A DNA stretch of 64,000 nucleotides from an uncultured bacterium (GCA_903937035.1 CAIZXS010000004.1:4693-68692); one strand, 5' to 3'; counted from the first letter of the stretch, positions 37,729-48,653 are shown. Notes: generated by a model not told the origin, from the letters alone. Made by a program: numbers and translations.

Positions 37729-38799
37729 ATGTTACGAACTGAACAAAAAATAAAAAATTTGCTAAGAATTGCCGCGCAACGCGGGGCTTCAGATTTACAT
37801 TTGGTGGTTGGTCGCTATCCGACCTATCGAATTGACGGAAAACTCATCTCGCTCAATCAAGATGAGATTATTACGCCTGAGGTTACGCGTGAAATTTGCG
37901 ATGTTGTTTTGAATGAAGAGAAAAAAAAGCAACTGGAAAAGGAAGGGCAAGTTGACCTGTCCTATAATTTTGAAGACAAGGTGCGTTTTCGTGTCAATGC
38001 TTTTTTTCAACAGGGCTATACGAGCATGGCATTTCGTCTGATTTCCAAAGATATCCGGACACTAGAGGAATTGGGTGTACCAGAAATTCTTTATGATTTC
38101 ACCAGAGTTTCCCAAGGATTATTTTTAATGGTGGGGCCGGTGGGACATGGAAAGTCGACGACGCTAGCAGCCATGATTGATGACATTAATCATAACCAAG
38201 AAAAGCATATTTTGACCATTGAAGATCCAATCGAATATGTCTATGAACAAGATCGTTCAATCATCAATCAAAGAGAGGTCTACCAGGATACGAATTCTTT
38301 TCAATTGGCACTTAAGGGGCTGTTTCGGGAAGATGCCAATGTGGTGCTTATTGGTGAGCTGCGAGACCTGGACACGATTTCTGCGGCAATGACGGCTGCT
38401 GAAACAGGGCATTTGATTTTTGGGACACTTCACACTAATGATGCTCCGCAAACTATTGATCGGATCGTAGATGTCTTTCCGGCTCATCAGCAAAATCAAG
38501 TTAGAGCGCAATTGGCCAGCGTGCTTTTGGCCGTTGTCTCTCAGCGCTTGATTCCCAGAGTTGATGAGGGTCGGTCTCCAGCGGTCGAGATTATGATTAA
38601 AAATCACGCGGTGGAAAACTTGATTCGAGAGAATAAAAGTTATCAAATCGGCAATGTGATTGAAACAAGTTCACAAGAGGGGATGGTGACAATGGACCGT
38701 TCACTGGCAGATTTAGTTAGGCGGGGCTTGGTTTCACTTGAAATTGCTTCGGCCTATGCAAGGGACACAAAAAATTTCGAAACGCTGCTCAGATACTAG
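37729..38799 (+). CDS. pilT: type IV pilus retraction ATPase
   Basis: ASDLHL, GPVGHGKSTT, TIEDPIEY, AAETGHL, NLIRE. Confidence 0.95.
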   Translation: MLRTEQKIKNLLRIAAQRGASDLHLVVGRYPTYRIDGKLISLNQDEIITPEVTREICDVVLNEEKKKQLEKEGQVDLSYNFEDKVRFRVNAFFQQGYTSMAFRLISKDIRTLEELGVPEILYDFTRVSQGLFLMVGPVGHGKSTTLAAMIDDINHNQEKHILTIEDPIEYVYEQDRSIINQREVYQDTNSFQLALKGLFREDANVVLIGELRDLDTISAAMTAAETGHLIFGTLHTNDAPQTIDRIVDVFPAHQQNQVRAQLASVLLAVVSQRLIPRVDEGRSPAVEIMIKNHAVENLIRENKSYQIGNVIETSSQEGMVTMDRSLADLVRRGLVSLEIASAYARDTKNFETLLRY

Positions 38800-38905
38800 T
38801 TGGAAATTTGCTAAATTTTCTATTTATTTGAAATGATGGTATAATAAAAAAGTTGTAGAGTTGGAAATTTTGAAAAAATAAAAAAAATGATTGAGGGTGA
38901 AAAAT

Positions 38906-40114
38906 ATGAAATTTAAGTTTAAGGCTAAAACAAAAACCGGAGAAGTGAGCACTGGCTACATCAGCGCTGCTAGTCGCGATTTAGCTGCGGCTATTTTGCA
39001 AAAAAATGAACTTTTTCCAATCAGTCTCGAAGAAGAAGTGGGAAATTCAGTTAAGAAGGTGGTTGCTCAATATTTTGACAAAGTCACAAGCAAAGAATTG
39101 GTGATCTTTTTTCGACAATTGGCAATTTTGATTGAAGCAAGGGTGCCGATTGTGGTGGCTCTCACAGCTATTGGCGAGCAAACAACGAGCAGTTTTTTGA
39201 AAATCATTTTGGCTGAAGCGATGAAAGACATTGAGGATGGCGTTCCACTATCTGATGCTTTTGCGAAACATAAGGAAGTTTTTTCTGATTTGGTTATTAA
39301 TATTATAAAAGCCGGTGAAGCCTCGGGAAATTTGAAAAAATCGGTGGAATATGTGGCGGATAATATTGAGAAAAACTATAATCTGACCAACAAAGTGAAA
39401 TCGGCCATGCTCTATCCGGCAATAATTATGATAGTGTTTTTCATTATTGGTTTTTTAGTGATTACGCTTATTATCCCTAAACTTACAGTAATGATTAAGG
39501 AACTAGATGCAGCTGTTCCTTGGTATACGAATGTGCTCATCAAAACCGGAGATTTCATGGTGAACTATTGGTGGGCAGTGCTTGTGCTTATTTTTGGCTT
39601 CATTGCCGGTATCGCCTATTATCTGAATACGCCAGAGGGGAAAAAAGAATGGGACCAGATAAAATTAAAGTTACCAATCATGGGAACGCTGTTTCGCTAT
39701 GTCTATATTACAAGATTTTCTGAAAACTTAGCCGTGCTCTTAGCTGGTGGTATTCCGATTATTAAGGCACTCACGATTGTGAGCGCGGTGATTGGAAATT
39801 CGGCTTACGAGGAATTACTTTTGCGCACGGCGGAAAATGTGAAAAGAGGGGAGACAATGAGTGATATTTTGCGCAGAAGCCCACTTTTCCCACCGATGGT
39901 TTCGCATATGATCAAGATTGGTGAAGATTCCGGTCAGGTTGATGCGGTGCTTGGACATATCACCAAATTTTACAGTCAAGAAGTGGAACTGATGGCAAAA
40001 AACATGTCCACATTGATTGAACCGGTTTTAATGATTATGATTGGGCTCGGTGTCGGCTTTATGGCTGTGGGAGTTCTCATGCCGATATATAATATTGCGG
40101 GACAGATAAAATAG
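38906..40114 (+). CDS. pilC: type IV pilus platform protein (GspF/PilC)
   Basis: FFRQLA.LI.A.VP, GEASGNL, AMLYP, IGEDSG, IEP; ATG at 38906 preferred. Confidence 0.95.
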   Translation: MKFKFKAKTKTGEVSTGYISAASRDLAAAILQKNELFPISLEEEVGNSVKKVVAQYFDKVTSKELVIFFRQLAILIEARVPIVVALTAIGEQTTSSFLKIILAEAMKDIEDGVPLSDAFAKHKEVFSDLVINIIKAGEASGNLKKSVEYVADNIEKNYNLTNKVKSAMLYPAIIMIVFFIIGFLVITLIIPKLTVMIKELDAAVPWYTNVLIKTGDFMVNYWWAVLVLIFGFIAGIAYYLNTPEGKKEWDQIKLKLPIMGTLFRYVYITRFSENLAVLLAGGIPIIKALTIVSAVIGNSAYEELLLRTAENVKRGETMSDILRRSPLFPPMVSHMIKIGEDSGQVDAVLGHITKFYSQEVELMAKNMSTLIEPVLMIMIGLGVGFMAVGVLMPIYNIAGQIK

Positions 40115-40148
40115 AAAAAATTTTAAAAACTAGAAAGGCGGGTGAAAT

Positions 40149-40544
40149 ATGAAAAATAAAAACAAAAAAGGTTTTACGCTGATTGAACTTTTGATCGTGA
40201 TTGCGATTATCGGAATTTTGGCTTCAATTGTGCTCGTTAGTTTGAATAGTGCGAGAACTAAGGCTAAATATGCTTCATTTGAGGCATCGGTTTCGTCTAT
40301 AAAGGGTGTGGCGGTTGTATGTGTTGATGGCGGAGGAGCTCCTAGCACTGCAGCCGCGGGAGCAGCAATTTGCGATGATACTGCAATTACGGACGCTGTT
40401 TATCCAACTTTGCCAATTGGATGTACTAGCGCGGGAGATTTTACTGTAGGCGGAAGTGGTGATGATTGGACAATTACTCAATCATGCGATGCAACGTGTT
40501 CCGGTGTTTGCAGTTCTACTGGTTGCGTTTACACTGGATGCTAG
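40149..40544 (+). CDS. pilA: type IV major pilin 1
   Basis: KKG|FTLIELLIVIAIIGILASIV; 8 Cys. Confidence 0.9.
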   Translation: MKNKNKKGFTLIELLIVIAIIGILASIVLVSLNSARTKAKYASFEASVSSIKGVAVVCVDGGGAPSTAAAGAAICDDTAITDAVYPTLPIGCTSAGDFTVGGSGDDWTITQSCDATCSGVCSSTGCVYTGC

Positions 40545-40611
40545 GGTTATGAAAAATAATGATGGATATGTAATATAAAAAATTTATATAACTAGAAGGA
40601 GAGGTGAATTT

Positions 40612-41067
40612 ATGAAAAATAAAAAATTAAAAGGTTTTACACTGATTGAGCTTTTGATCGTAATCGCGATCATCGGAATTTTGGCTTCGATTGTGTTGGT
40701 TAGTTTGAATGCAGCTAGAGCGAAAGCAAAATCGGCAGCGTTTAAGGCTGGTCTATCCAGTATGATGCCCGCCCTTGCTATGTGTGAGGATATCGGAAGT
40801 ACGGTTACTACTCCGACCGTAGCGAGTCTTACATCTGGAACCGTTAACGTTTGTGCTGGTATTACTACGTCAAAAGTTCCCATGTTGATACCTAAGACAT
40901 GCTCTACTATCGCCGCTGCGAGTATCGTTGGTACTGGTATTGGCGCTGCAGATGCAACTAATTCTGATGGCCTATATTCATTAAGTATGATATGTAATGT
41001 TGGAACAGGAACTGTTTCTGCTGCTTGTACCGAGGCTGGATGTACATATACTGAAGTCGGACTATAG
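40612..41067 (+). CDS. pilA: type IV major pilin 2
   Basis: LKG|FTLIELLIVIAIIGILASIV; 6 Cys; Ser/Thr-rich. Confidence 0.9.
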   Translation: MKNKKLKGFTLIELLIVIAIIGILASIVLVSLNAARAKAKSAAFKAGLSSMMPALAMCEDIGSTVTTPTVASLTSGTVNVCAGITTSKVPMLIPKTCSTIAAASIVGTGIGAADATNSDGLYSLSMICNVGTGTVSAACTEAGCTYTEVGL

Positions 41068-41112
41068 CTCGCTTAGGGAAGTTGATTATCTTACTGATTG
41101 AAAATGTTGTCT

Positions 41113-41147
41113 CCCGCTCCGTTTAGCTTGATTGCGCGGAGCGGGTT
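41113..41147 (+). terminator. GC hairpin after the pilin genes
   Basis: CCCGCTCCG...CGGAGCGGG; weak T-tail. Confidence 0.45.
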
Positions 41148-41232
41148 GGTATATTGATGAGTTTTTTAATTTGTTAAAAAAGCGAATTGCTAACCGTTTT
41201 TTCTGTTTATAATTTTTTCTGGTTGTCTTCTT

Positions 41233-42930
41233 ATGCCTTCTTTTCTTTCCGTCTTGCTAGGTAAAGTTAAATCTACATATTCGAATTATCCGGCACTTAT
41301 TTCCATTGGTGTTTTTTTGGTTGTTGCGTTTTTTTATTCATTGGTATATTTGGATAATTCGGGGATATCAACGATTGATGACCATTTTTTCTATTTTGAA
41401 TATGCAAAAATGGTAAAAAATGAAGGATGGGACGGAGTAAAAACTTTCGAAGGGGGCTATCTGACGAAAAAGGAAAATGGTCAAAGTAAATTTGGACTTT
41501 CTTTATTTAATATCGTCAACATTCCTTTTACGTATATTAAGAATGAAATAGATGGATTGAAATTGAGTGATATATTTGTTGCCTCTAGCGCATTGGCGCT
41601 TTTCTATTACGTATTAAGAAAAGCAAAAATTAATTATCCTTTATTTTTTACTTTTTTTCTCATTGTTTCTCCTTTTTTCATGCATCGATTATTAATGGGT
41701 AGGCCTTATGTATTGACGACTAGCTTGATTTTTTTAGAAATTTTTCTGGCAAGCAGGAAAGAATATAGAATATTGTTTTTGGTGACCCTGGTGCATCTTT
41801 TTTGGCACAATTCGACTTTTTGGCTCCCGCTTGTTATGGTTGGTGCGGTTGAAATGGCAAGATTTTTGGTTGTGCAAAAGTTTTTTTATAAAAATATTTT
41901 TGCAGTTTCAGTCGCGACTATCTTGGGAATGGCTTTTTTGCCTAATTTTTTTAATCTTTGGACTTGGCTTAGAACGATTTTTATTGTGCAAGAGGGAATA
42001 ATGGATAATTCCCTGAAGGTGTCAGGCGTGGAATTGCAAACCAGTGATGCTTTCAGTGGCCGTTTTATTGGAATTGACATTTTTTTTATTGTGGCTGTGG
42101 CGAGTATCACAATCGTCATATTTTTATATTTGAGACAGCGGAAGATATTGAGTGATGATATGAAGAGAGATTCTGCATTGGCGGAATACTATATTATGGC
42201 ATATGCCTCTTTTATATTTTTTCTGATCGTTGTGTTTGGAACAATGATTATTTCTGGAAGATTTTATGATTATTATCAGACAACGCTAGTTTTTTTATTT
42301 GCGGTTGTTGTGACGATATTGCAAAAAGAAAGATTGATTATTTTTAAGGATGTGTTGCATAAATACATTATTGTTGGCTCAACAGTTTTTATTTTATTGG
42401 TTTTATTGAATAATTTCATTGAATTGAAGAAGACGATTGGTAATATACAGTATGGAAATCTAATCGAGGCGGCAAAATGGATAGAATTGAATTCGGATGG
42501 GAAGGAGTCGGTTTTTATCCACAATTGGAGTGACTTTCCTAGACTGTTTTTTGGTAGCAGTAAAAATGTTTATACTGCAGGGATGGAACCTACGGCCCTC
42601 AAGCAATATAATGAGGTGCTCTATTGGCGATGGTATAATATGTATAGGTATAATTTTTATTGCGAGGAGTTGAGGGACTGTGAAGATAATTTGAGAATGG
42701 TTAGCGATAAATTGGCCAAGCAGAAGCCGGAATTGGGCAAGGAATATGCCAAGGAAAGTGGTCGGAAAATGATCGTCTCGATTAGAAAAGAATTTGGCTC
42801 TCGTTTTATTGTTTCTGATAATGAAAATTTTAGTCGAATAATTGATTCAAATCCAGATTTGATTGAAGAGCATTTTGAGGCAAAGTCTGGCGAAGATGTT
42901 AGCAATGTGGATGTATTTAAGCTCAAATAA
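41233..42930 (+). CDS. GT-C fold multi-TM glycosyltransferase, STT3/AglB- or TfpW-like
   Basis: First-loop DDHFFY acidic motif; many TMs; EAAKWIELNS....VFIHNWSDFP resembles the STT3 W.(L)..NT....VLSWWDYG segment. Confidence 0.65.
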   Translation: MPSFLSVLLGKVKSTYSNYPALISIGVFLVVAFFYSLVYLDNSGISTIDDHFFYFEYAKMVKNEGWDGVKTFEGGYLTKKENGQSKFGLSLFNIVNIPFTYIKNEIDGLKLSDIFVASSALALFYYVLRKAKINYPLFFTFFLIVSPFFMHRLLMGRPYVLTTSLIFLEIFLASRKEYRILFLVTLVHLFWHNSTFWLPLVMVGAVEMARFLVVQKFFYKNIFAVSVATILGMAFLPNFFNLWTWLRTIFIVQEGIMDNSLKVSGVELQTSDAFSGRFIGIDIFFIVAVASITIVIFLYLRQRKILSDDMKRDSALAEYYIMAYASFIFFLIVVFGTMIISGRFYDYYQTTLVFLFAVVVTILQKERLIIFKDVLHKYIIVGSTVFILLVLLNNFIELKKTIGNIQYGNLIEAAKWIELNSDGKESVFIHNWSDFPRLFFGSSKNVYTAGMEPTALKQYNEVLYWRWYNMYRYNFYCEELRDCEDNLRMVSDKLAKQKPELGKEYAKESGRKMIVSIRKEFGSRFIVSDNENFSRIIDSNPDLIEEHFEAKSGEDVSNVDVFKLK

Positions 42931-43845
42931 ATGAATGATAAAATTGTAGTAGCAATTCCTTGCTACAATGAAGAACTGACAATTAGTAAGGTGATAGTGG
43001 ATTTTAAAAGAGAGCTGTCAGAAGCGAAAATTTTGGTTGTGGATAATAATTCGAAAGATCAAACGGCGCGTGTAGCAAGGGAAGCTGGGGCGGAGGTCAT
43101 TAGTGAAAAAAGACAGGGCAAGGGTTTTGCTGTGCAAAAAATATTTGATGAGTTTTGTGGTGACGTACTTATTTTGGTTGATGGTGATGATACTTATGAT
43201 GCTAGAAATGTGCAAAGCCTATTACTGCCGGTATTAAATGATGAAGCTGATATGACGGTGGGGAATCGAATTCATTCAAAAAATGAAGGCGCTTTTACTG
43301 GTAGTCATTGGCTGGGAAATAAATTTCTCACTAAATCGCTGAACTTCTTGTTTGGAACAAAACTCCGTGACATGGAATCAGGCTTTCGAGTAATTGATAA
43401 GAAATTCGTGAATTCAAGTGCGCTTTTGGCTGGTGGCTTTGGAATTGAACCAGAATTAACCATCCAAGCTTTAGAAAGAGGGATGCGAATAAGGGAGGTT
43501 CCGATAAAGCTTTATCCAAGAAAAGAAGGAAGCCATTCAAAACTTAACGCTGTGAGAGATGGGACAATAGTTTTATACACAATTGTCTCGTTATTTCGGG
43601 ATTATAAGCCATTGCAATTTTTTACTTTGTTAGCATCCATCTTTTTTTTGATAGGCGTACTGTTGGGCTGGTTTAGTATCCGGGATTACGTGCATACGGG
43701 TATTGTTTCGCGCATCCCGACGTTGATTGTTTCTGGGTTATCTATGATTTCGGCATTTATTAGTTTCATTGCTGGGTTGATTTTAAGTTCGATTAAGCGG
43801 AGACACGAAGAGTTGCTGGTGATTTTAAGGAGAAGCTCTAAATAA
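42931..43845 (+). CDS. GT2 polyprenyl-phosphate glycosyltransferase (DPM1/GtrB-like)
   Basis: IPCYNEE, VDNNSKD, QGKG, VDGDDTY, DMESGFR, two C-terminal TMs. Confidence 0.9.
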   Translation: MNDKIVVAIPCYNEELTISKVIVDFKRELSEAKILVVDNNSKDQTARVAREAGAEVISEKRQGKGFAVQKIFDEFCGDVLILVDGDDTYDARNVQSLLLPVLNDEADMTVGNRIHSKNEGAFTGSHWLGNKFLTKSLNFLFGTKLRDMESGFRVIDKKFVNSSALLAGGFGIEPELTIQALERGMRIREVPIKLYPRKEGSHSKLNAVRDGTIVLYTIVSLFRDYKPLQFFTLLASIFFLIGVLLGWFSIRDYVHTGIVSRIPTLIVSGLSMISAFISFIAGLILSSIKRRHEELLVILRRSSK

Positions 43846-43865
43846 TTTATTAAAACTTCCTGTGT

Positions 43866-44789
43866 ATGGAAAAAATCAGTTGTCCTATCTGTGGTGGCGA
43901 TGGTTTTGACTTACTGTTTAAAGCGCAAGATAATATTTGTCATATTGATGGTGAATTCGATATTGTTAAATGCGAGAAGTGCTCGCTTATTATTACCAAT
44001 CCAAGGCCCGACAAAGAAGAGATTAATCGTTATTATCCCAAGGAATATCAATGCTATAATTTGAATCATAGCAGAACTGAGTTGGTGGTTAAGTTGAGAA
44101 GATTCCTTGGAAGATTTACTGACCTATTCTATAGCGAAACAATCATCTTGCCATTAGAAGAAACAACGCCGATTATTCTTGAAATTGGTTGTGGCGGCGG
44201 GAATTTTTTGTATGAGTATAGTCGTCTGAATCCACAACATAAAATTATAGGTTCGGATTTCAATCTAGAGGTCATAAAAGCTTTGAAAAAACAAAATCTA
44301 GATGTTTTCCAGTCTGATTTGACCTCAATAGCATTGGAGACAGGCCATGTTGATTGTGTATATGGCTGGATGGTTTTGGAGCATGTGCACGACATCAATA
44401 AGGCTCTTGGTGAAATTGGCCGAGTTTTGAAAAAGCAGGGTAAATTTATTTTCTCAATACCTAACGCGGCAAGTTGGGAATTTAAGTTATTTCGGGGTGA
44501 TTGCTATTCAAATCATGTGCCTAACCACTTATATCATTTCACGCCAAAGACAATCAAACAGCTTTTGAAAAAAAATGGATTTAGGATTGAGCGAATCTTA
44601 TACCAAAAAACTTTGCGAGATGCCGTTGAAAGCTTCAGGCTTGTATGCGCGAGAAAGAAATACTATAGATTGGAGTCTGTTTTGAGTTGGAATTTGGTGC
44701 TATTTGTGCTTACTTATCCTTTGGCATTTGTATTGTCAATTTTCCATAAATCTTCCCGAATGACTATTATTGCTAAAAAATATGACTAA
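43866..44789 (+). CDS. class I SAM methyltransferase with N-terminal Zn ribbon
   Basis: CPIC...CEKC, ILEIGCGGG, VLEHV, P.HLYHFTP. Confidence 0.9.
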   Translation: MEKISCPICGGDGFDLLFKAQDNICHIDGEFDIVKCEKCSLIITNPRPDKEEINRYYPKEYQCYNLNHSRTELVVKLRRFLGRFTDLFYSETIILPLEETTPIILEIGCGGGNFLYEYSRLNPQHKIIGSDFNLEVIKALKKQNLDVFQSDLTSIALETGHVDCVYGWMVLEHVHDINKALGEIGRVLKKQGKFIFSIPNAASWEFKLFRGDCYSNHVPNHLYHFTPKTIKQLLKKNGFRIERILYQKTLRDAVESFRLVCARKKYYRLESVLSWNLVLFVLTYPLAFVLSIFHKSSRMTIIAKKYD

Positions 44790-45600
44790 TGGACTTGTGA
44801 GTATTCTTATCGTGGCCTATAATGCTGAAAAGTATATCAAAGACACGATAGTAAGTTGCCTGAATCAGACATATGAGAAAACTGAGTTATTAATTTTGGA
44901 TAATAATTCTTCCGACAAAACTATTGAGATTATTAGATCAATGAAAGATAGTCGGATCAAGCTGTTCATTGGGAGTGAGAATCTCGGACCATTTGCTGGC
45001 TTGAATTATTTATTGGATAGGGCAGCAGGAGAATATGTGGCCATACAGGACCATGATGATTTGTGGTTTCCTGAAAAAATTAAAAAGCAAATTACATTAC
45101 TTAGTCGAAACAAAGACATTATTGCTTGCGGAGCTAGAACCTTCTATTTTTACGAAAATTTCGGCTTATTTATTTTGAATAATAAGAAATTTTTGGTCGA
45201 TTGCTATGATCACACATCCCTTTTCTTTAGGAATATGGGTTTTCGTTATCAATATAAGCACGTCTTGCCGGATCAGCATTTTCAAAAAGTTATTTTGAGT
45301 GAGAAAGGAAAAAGGGTCTGTTTGCAGGAGATCCTCGCTATTCATCGTATTAGAGATGATGGCAAAAATTATTCGCGATACATATTTAAATTTACATTAA
45401 AAAATATTCGAGATTTAATTGAGATGAATGGCGTGAGCGTGAAAAATCTATTTTTTTTTCTTACTTTGGTTGTGAATAGAATCTTTCCCCCATCTCTGTC
45501 TTATCGTCTGGCGTTTAGGATTTTCAAATCCAATTTGATTCAGTTGACCATGGAAGAATTCAAAATGGATTATCCTGATTCTAATCTTTTTATTCGGTAG
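44782..45600 (+). CDS. glycosyltransferase family 2
   Basis: VSILIVAYNAEKYI, DNNSSD, QDHDD; ATG at 44782. Confidence 0.9.
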   Translation: MTNGLVSILIVAYNAEKYIKDTIVSCLNQTYEKTELLILDNNSSDKTIEIIRSMKDSRIKLFIGSENLGPFAGLNYLLDRAAGEYVAIQDHDDLWFPEKIKKQITLLSRNKDIIACGARTFYFYENFGLFILNNKKFLVDCYDHTSLFFRNMGFRYQYKHVLPDQHFQKVILSEKGKRVCLQEILAIHRIRDDGKNYSRYIFKFTLKNIRDLIEMNGVSVKNLFFFLTLVVNRIFPPSLSYRLAFRIFKSNLIQLTMEEFKMDYPDSNLFIR

Positions 45601-45622
45601 GAAAGTGATGATTCGCACGTAG

Positions 45623-46768
45623 CTAAATGATGAGTTTTTTGTAGGTATTGATTGATTTATCCCAGCTAAATTTCTTAATTACATTGCCTCTCATTTTTTT
45701 CCCAAGAAGAACTCTTTTTTCTTTATCAGAAGCGATATTTTCTAGCACTTCCTTTATTCTGGTTATATTTGGTATTTCCATAAGAGTATCCTCTCTTAGG
45801 TCAATAACTTCATCCGCTCCTTCATTTGGCGTGGCGATGACTGCGCAGCTGCAATACATTGCTTCTAAAAGGGACGTGGAAAGTCCGCCACCGTGCAGGG
45901 CGGAATGAATGTATATGTCCGACACCTTCATTATCCCAATTGCTTTTTCTCTCGACATGCTTCCAAGTAGGATGGTTGATTCATCGCATAATTTTTGTAG
46001 TCTAGAGAAATCTTCTCCATCACCAATGACAATAAAAATTATTTGTTTTTTTATATTTTCCGAGAGGTTTTTGATTGCCTCTATGCTGTATTCAATCCCT
46101 TTCCATTTATAAAGTCTGGCTACGGTCAGGATGATTATTTTATCTTTAAATCTGTTTTTGAAATCAATATCGGGATGGATGGAATCTATCGAGTCTAAAT
46201 TTAGTCCGCGGTAAATTATTGGAGAATGTCTTTTGTCAAACTTATGGACAAATTTCTGAACTGCCCTTGAGATGGAGATATTTAAATCTGATGATCGGAA
46301 AATGAGTCTACCGATCGTTAGGTCATATATTTTTGCGATGAATGATTTTAGTGGGCTTGATAGGATAGTGAAGTTGGAAGTGTGCTCGATGTGGATCCAT
46401 CTGATTCTTTTGATTTTGGCGAGCAACATGGCCAGAAGCGATGTGTTGAAAAATCTAATACGTGAGATGATAAGCTCGTAGTCTGTTTTGAATAGGCCAA
46501 GATATAGTTTCCAAAACTTAAATTTCCAAAATTTTGGCAGGGGATAGTTGGGAACAATTTCAAAGGCCGGAAATCTGATGATGTCTAGGTGTTCATTGAT
46601 TTTTTCATATTCGGCCGAGTCTTTGATGAGTAGGCAGGTAAAAACAGTGATTTTTGTATTTTCACTAGCTAGGTGTCTATTGAACTCATCGGCATGACTG
46701 CCTAGCCCTCCAATGCAGGGGGGGTATATCGCAGTAAAAACAAGTATTTTCATGGTATTTTTAGTCAA
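45623..46768 (-). CDS. glycosyltransferase family 4
   Basis: YPPCIGG, VARLYKWKG, SLLEAM. Confidence 0.88.
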   Translation of the reverse strand: MTKNTMKILVFTAIYPPCIGGLGSHADEFNRHLASENTKITVFTCLLIKDSAEYEKINEHLDIIRFPAFEIVPNYPLPKFWKFKFWKLYLGLFKTDYELIISRIRFFNTSLLAMLLAKIKRIRWIHIEHTSNFTILSSPLKSFIAKIYDLTIGRLIFRSSDLNISISRAVQKFVHKFDKRHSPIIYRGLNLDSIDSIHPDIDFKNRFKDKIIILTVARLYKWKGIEYSIEAIKNLSENIKKQIIFIVIGDGEDFSRLQKLCDESTILLGSMSREKAIGIMKVSDIYIHSALHGGGLSTSLLEAMYCSCAVIATPNEGADEVIDLREDTLMEIPNITRIKEVLENIASDKEKRVLLGKKMRGNVIKKFSWDKSINTYKKLII

Positions 46769-48653
46769 AATATTTTCTAAACCAATTTTCTAAAATTATC
46801 ATCGACCAGATTTTATGGGATAGGTCAACCGAGGTATTCTGTTGAATATGGAGCAGCTTTTTCACAGTAGCTTCGTTGAAGATATTTCTATTTCTAGTTC
46901 TTTCGGAAAGTAATAGGTCATTAGAATAATCTTTCATCTGATTTTTAAGCCAAATATTCAGGGGTGTTTCAAAGCCTTTTTTGGACCGGTTAATTATTTG
47001 ATCAGGCAAGAGGTCTTTCAACGCTTCCTTCAAAATCCATTTTGTTTGATTGAAGTTTTTAATCTTTAGGTTGGACGGGATCTTGGCTGTTAGCTCAATA
47101 AACTCATGGTCTAGAAAGGGCGATCGTGTTTCCAGGGCAACAGACATGCTGGCAAGATCCACTTTTGTCATTAGGTCGTCTGGTAGATAGGTGGCGAAAT
47201 CGGCATAGAGAGTTTGATCTAATTTGTTTTCAGTTGCCGATTCATTGAATTTATCGACTATCAGATCAAGACTATTTTCTCTCGATGTGATTTTTTGAAA
47301 GTTTTCGGTGAATAAATTATTTTCAATATGATTATTTTGGCGATACATGTAGCTTGCATAGCGCTTTCGATAAGCTAGTGGCAGATAACTTAAGAAAAGA
47401 AATATCTTAGACAGTAGTTCGCTTTTTATATTTTCAAGGGGAATCCTGGCAATAATATTGGCCGGGAGTTTGTTAAAAAAACGCAAGTAATCAAGTTGAA
47501 GGGACAGTTTTTGGATGGTGTGTCTGAAATATCCGGCGAAGTTTTCATCTCCGCCGTCTCCTGACATAGCAACTGTGACGTGTTCGCGGGTTAATTTGCT
47601 TAAATAATATGTTGGGATGGCGCTGGAATCAGCAAAGGGTTCTTCGTAGAGACGGACAAGTTCAGGTAGGATTTCCATCGCCTCGGGCTTGACGATAAAC
47701 TCGGTGTGATCAGTTTTGAATTTATGGGCTACTATTTTTGCGTACTCCAGCTCATCATATTTTTTTTCCGAAAATCCAATGGAAAAAGTTTTGATTGGCG
47801 TGGGGCTGAATTTGCTCATCATTCCAATGATGGCGCTAGAGTCAATTCCTCCCGAGAGGAAAGCACCCAGAGGAACATCGGCGATCATGCGCAGTTTCAC
47901 GGATTCCTCCAATTTATTGATAATTTTTTCTTTCCAGCCGCCGATAGATAGGTCTAATTTTTCGGAATAATCTAGTTTCCAATAGCGCTCAAGCTTGGTC
48001 TGGTTTGTTTTGAGATCGATTAATAAATAGTGGGCTGGTTCAAGTTTTTTGATATTTTTAAATCCAGTAAATGGCGCTGGACAATATTGAAACGTTAAAT
48101 AATGGCGGATAGCCACGTAGTCTGGTTCTTTTTTGTAATCCGTTTGGGTTAGGATTGCCTTGAGCTCTGATGCGAAAATGAAGATCTTGTCATCAAGGTA
48201 ATATTTGAAGGGTTTTTTTCCGACTCTATCTCTGGCGCAGAATAGGGTTTTTTCTTTGTCGTCATAGATGGCGAAAGAAAACATCCCTCGTAGATGTTGG
48301 AGACAATCGGTGCCGTATTTGTGATATAGCGCCATGATTACCTCTGTGTCTGTATCTGATTTGAAGGTGTATATTTTTTCTTTTTGTAGATTTTTTTTTA
48401 AGGCTTGAAAATTATATATTTCGCCATTGAATACAATCCAATAGCGATTCATGTAGTTCATTGGCTGATGTCCGAAATGAGAGAGGTCAATGATGGATAA
48501 TCTTTGATGTCCGAGTCCAATTTTTTGGTTAGGGGAGATGTATGTTCCACTATCATCTGGTCCGCGATGGGCGATAGCCAAATTCATTTTTTCCATATCT
48601 CCAGCTGAAACAGTCCCAGTGTTAAGATAAATTTTTCCTGTGATTCCACACAT
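46761..48653 (-). CDS. asnB: asparagine synthetase-like glutamine amidotransferase (probably glycan amidation)
   Basis: MCGI, HRGPD, RLSIIDL, FNGEIYN, LSGGIDSS, SGDGGDE, ETRSPFLD. Confidence 0.93.
   Translation of the reverse strand: MCGITGKIYLNTGTVSAGDMEKMNLAIAHRGPDDSGTYISPNQKIGLGHQRLSIIDLSHFGHQPMNYMNRYWIVFNGEIYNFQALKKNLQKEKIYTFKSDTDTEVIMALYHKYGTDCLQHLRGMFSFAIYDDKEKTLFCARDRVGKKPFKYYLDDKIFIFASELKAILTQTDYKKEPDYVAIRHYLTFQYCPAPFTGFKNIKKLEPAHYLLIDLKTNQTKLERYWKLDYSEKLDLSIGGWKEKIINKLEESVKLRMIADVPLGAFLSGGIDSSAIIGMMSKFSPTPIKTFSIGFSEKKYDELEYAKIVAHKFKTDHTEFIVKPEAMEILPELVRLYEEPFADSSAIPTYYLSKLTREHVTVAMSGDGGDENFAGYFRHTIQKLSLQLDYLRFFNKLPANIIARIPLENIKSELLSKIFLFLSYLPLAYRKRYASYMYRQNNHIENNLFTENFQKITSRENSLDLIVDKFNESATENKLDQTLYADFATYLPDDLMTKVDLASMSVALETRSPFLDHEFIELTAKIPSNLKIKNFNQTKWILKEALKDLLPDQIINRSKKGFETPLNIWLKNQMKDYSNDLLLSERTRNRNIFNEATVKKLLHIQQNTSVDLSHKIWSMIILENWFRKYFD

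Noticed and set aside
41233-48653. Phase variation through poly-T/A tracts (8-9 nt) in glycosylation genes
   Set aside because: Similar runs occur throughout this AT-rich window, all ORFs are intact, and there are no poly-G/C tracts
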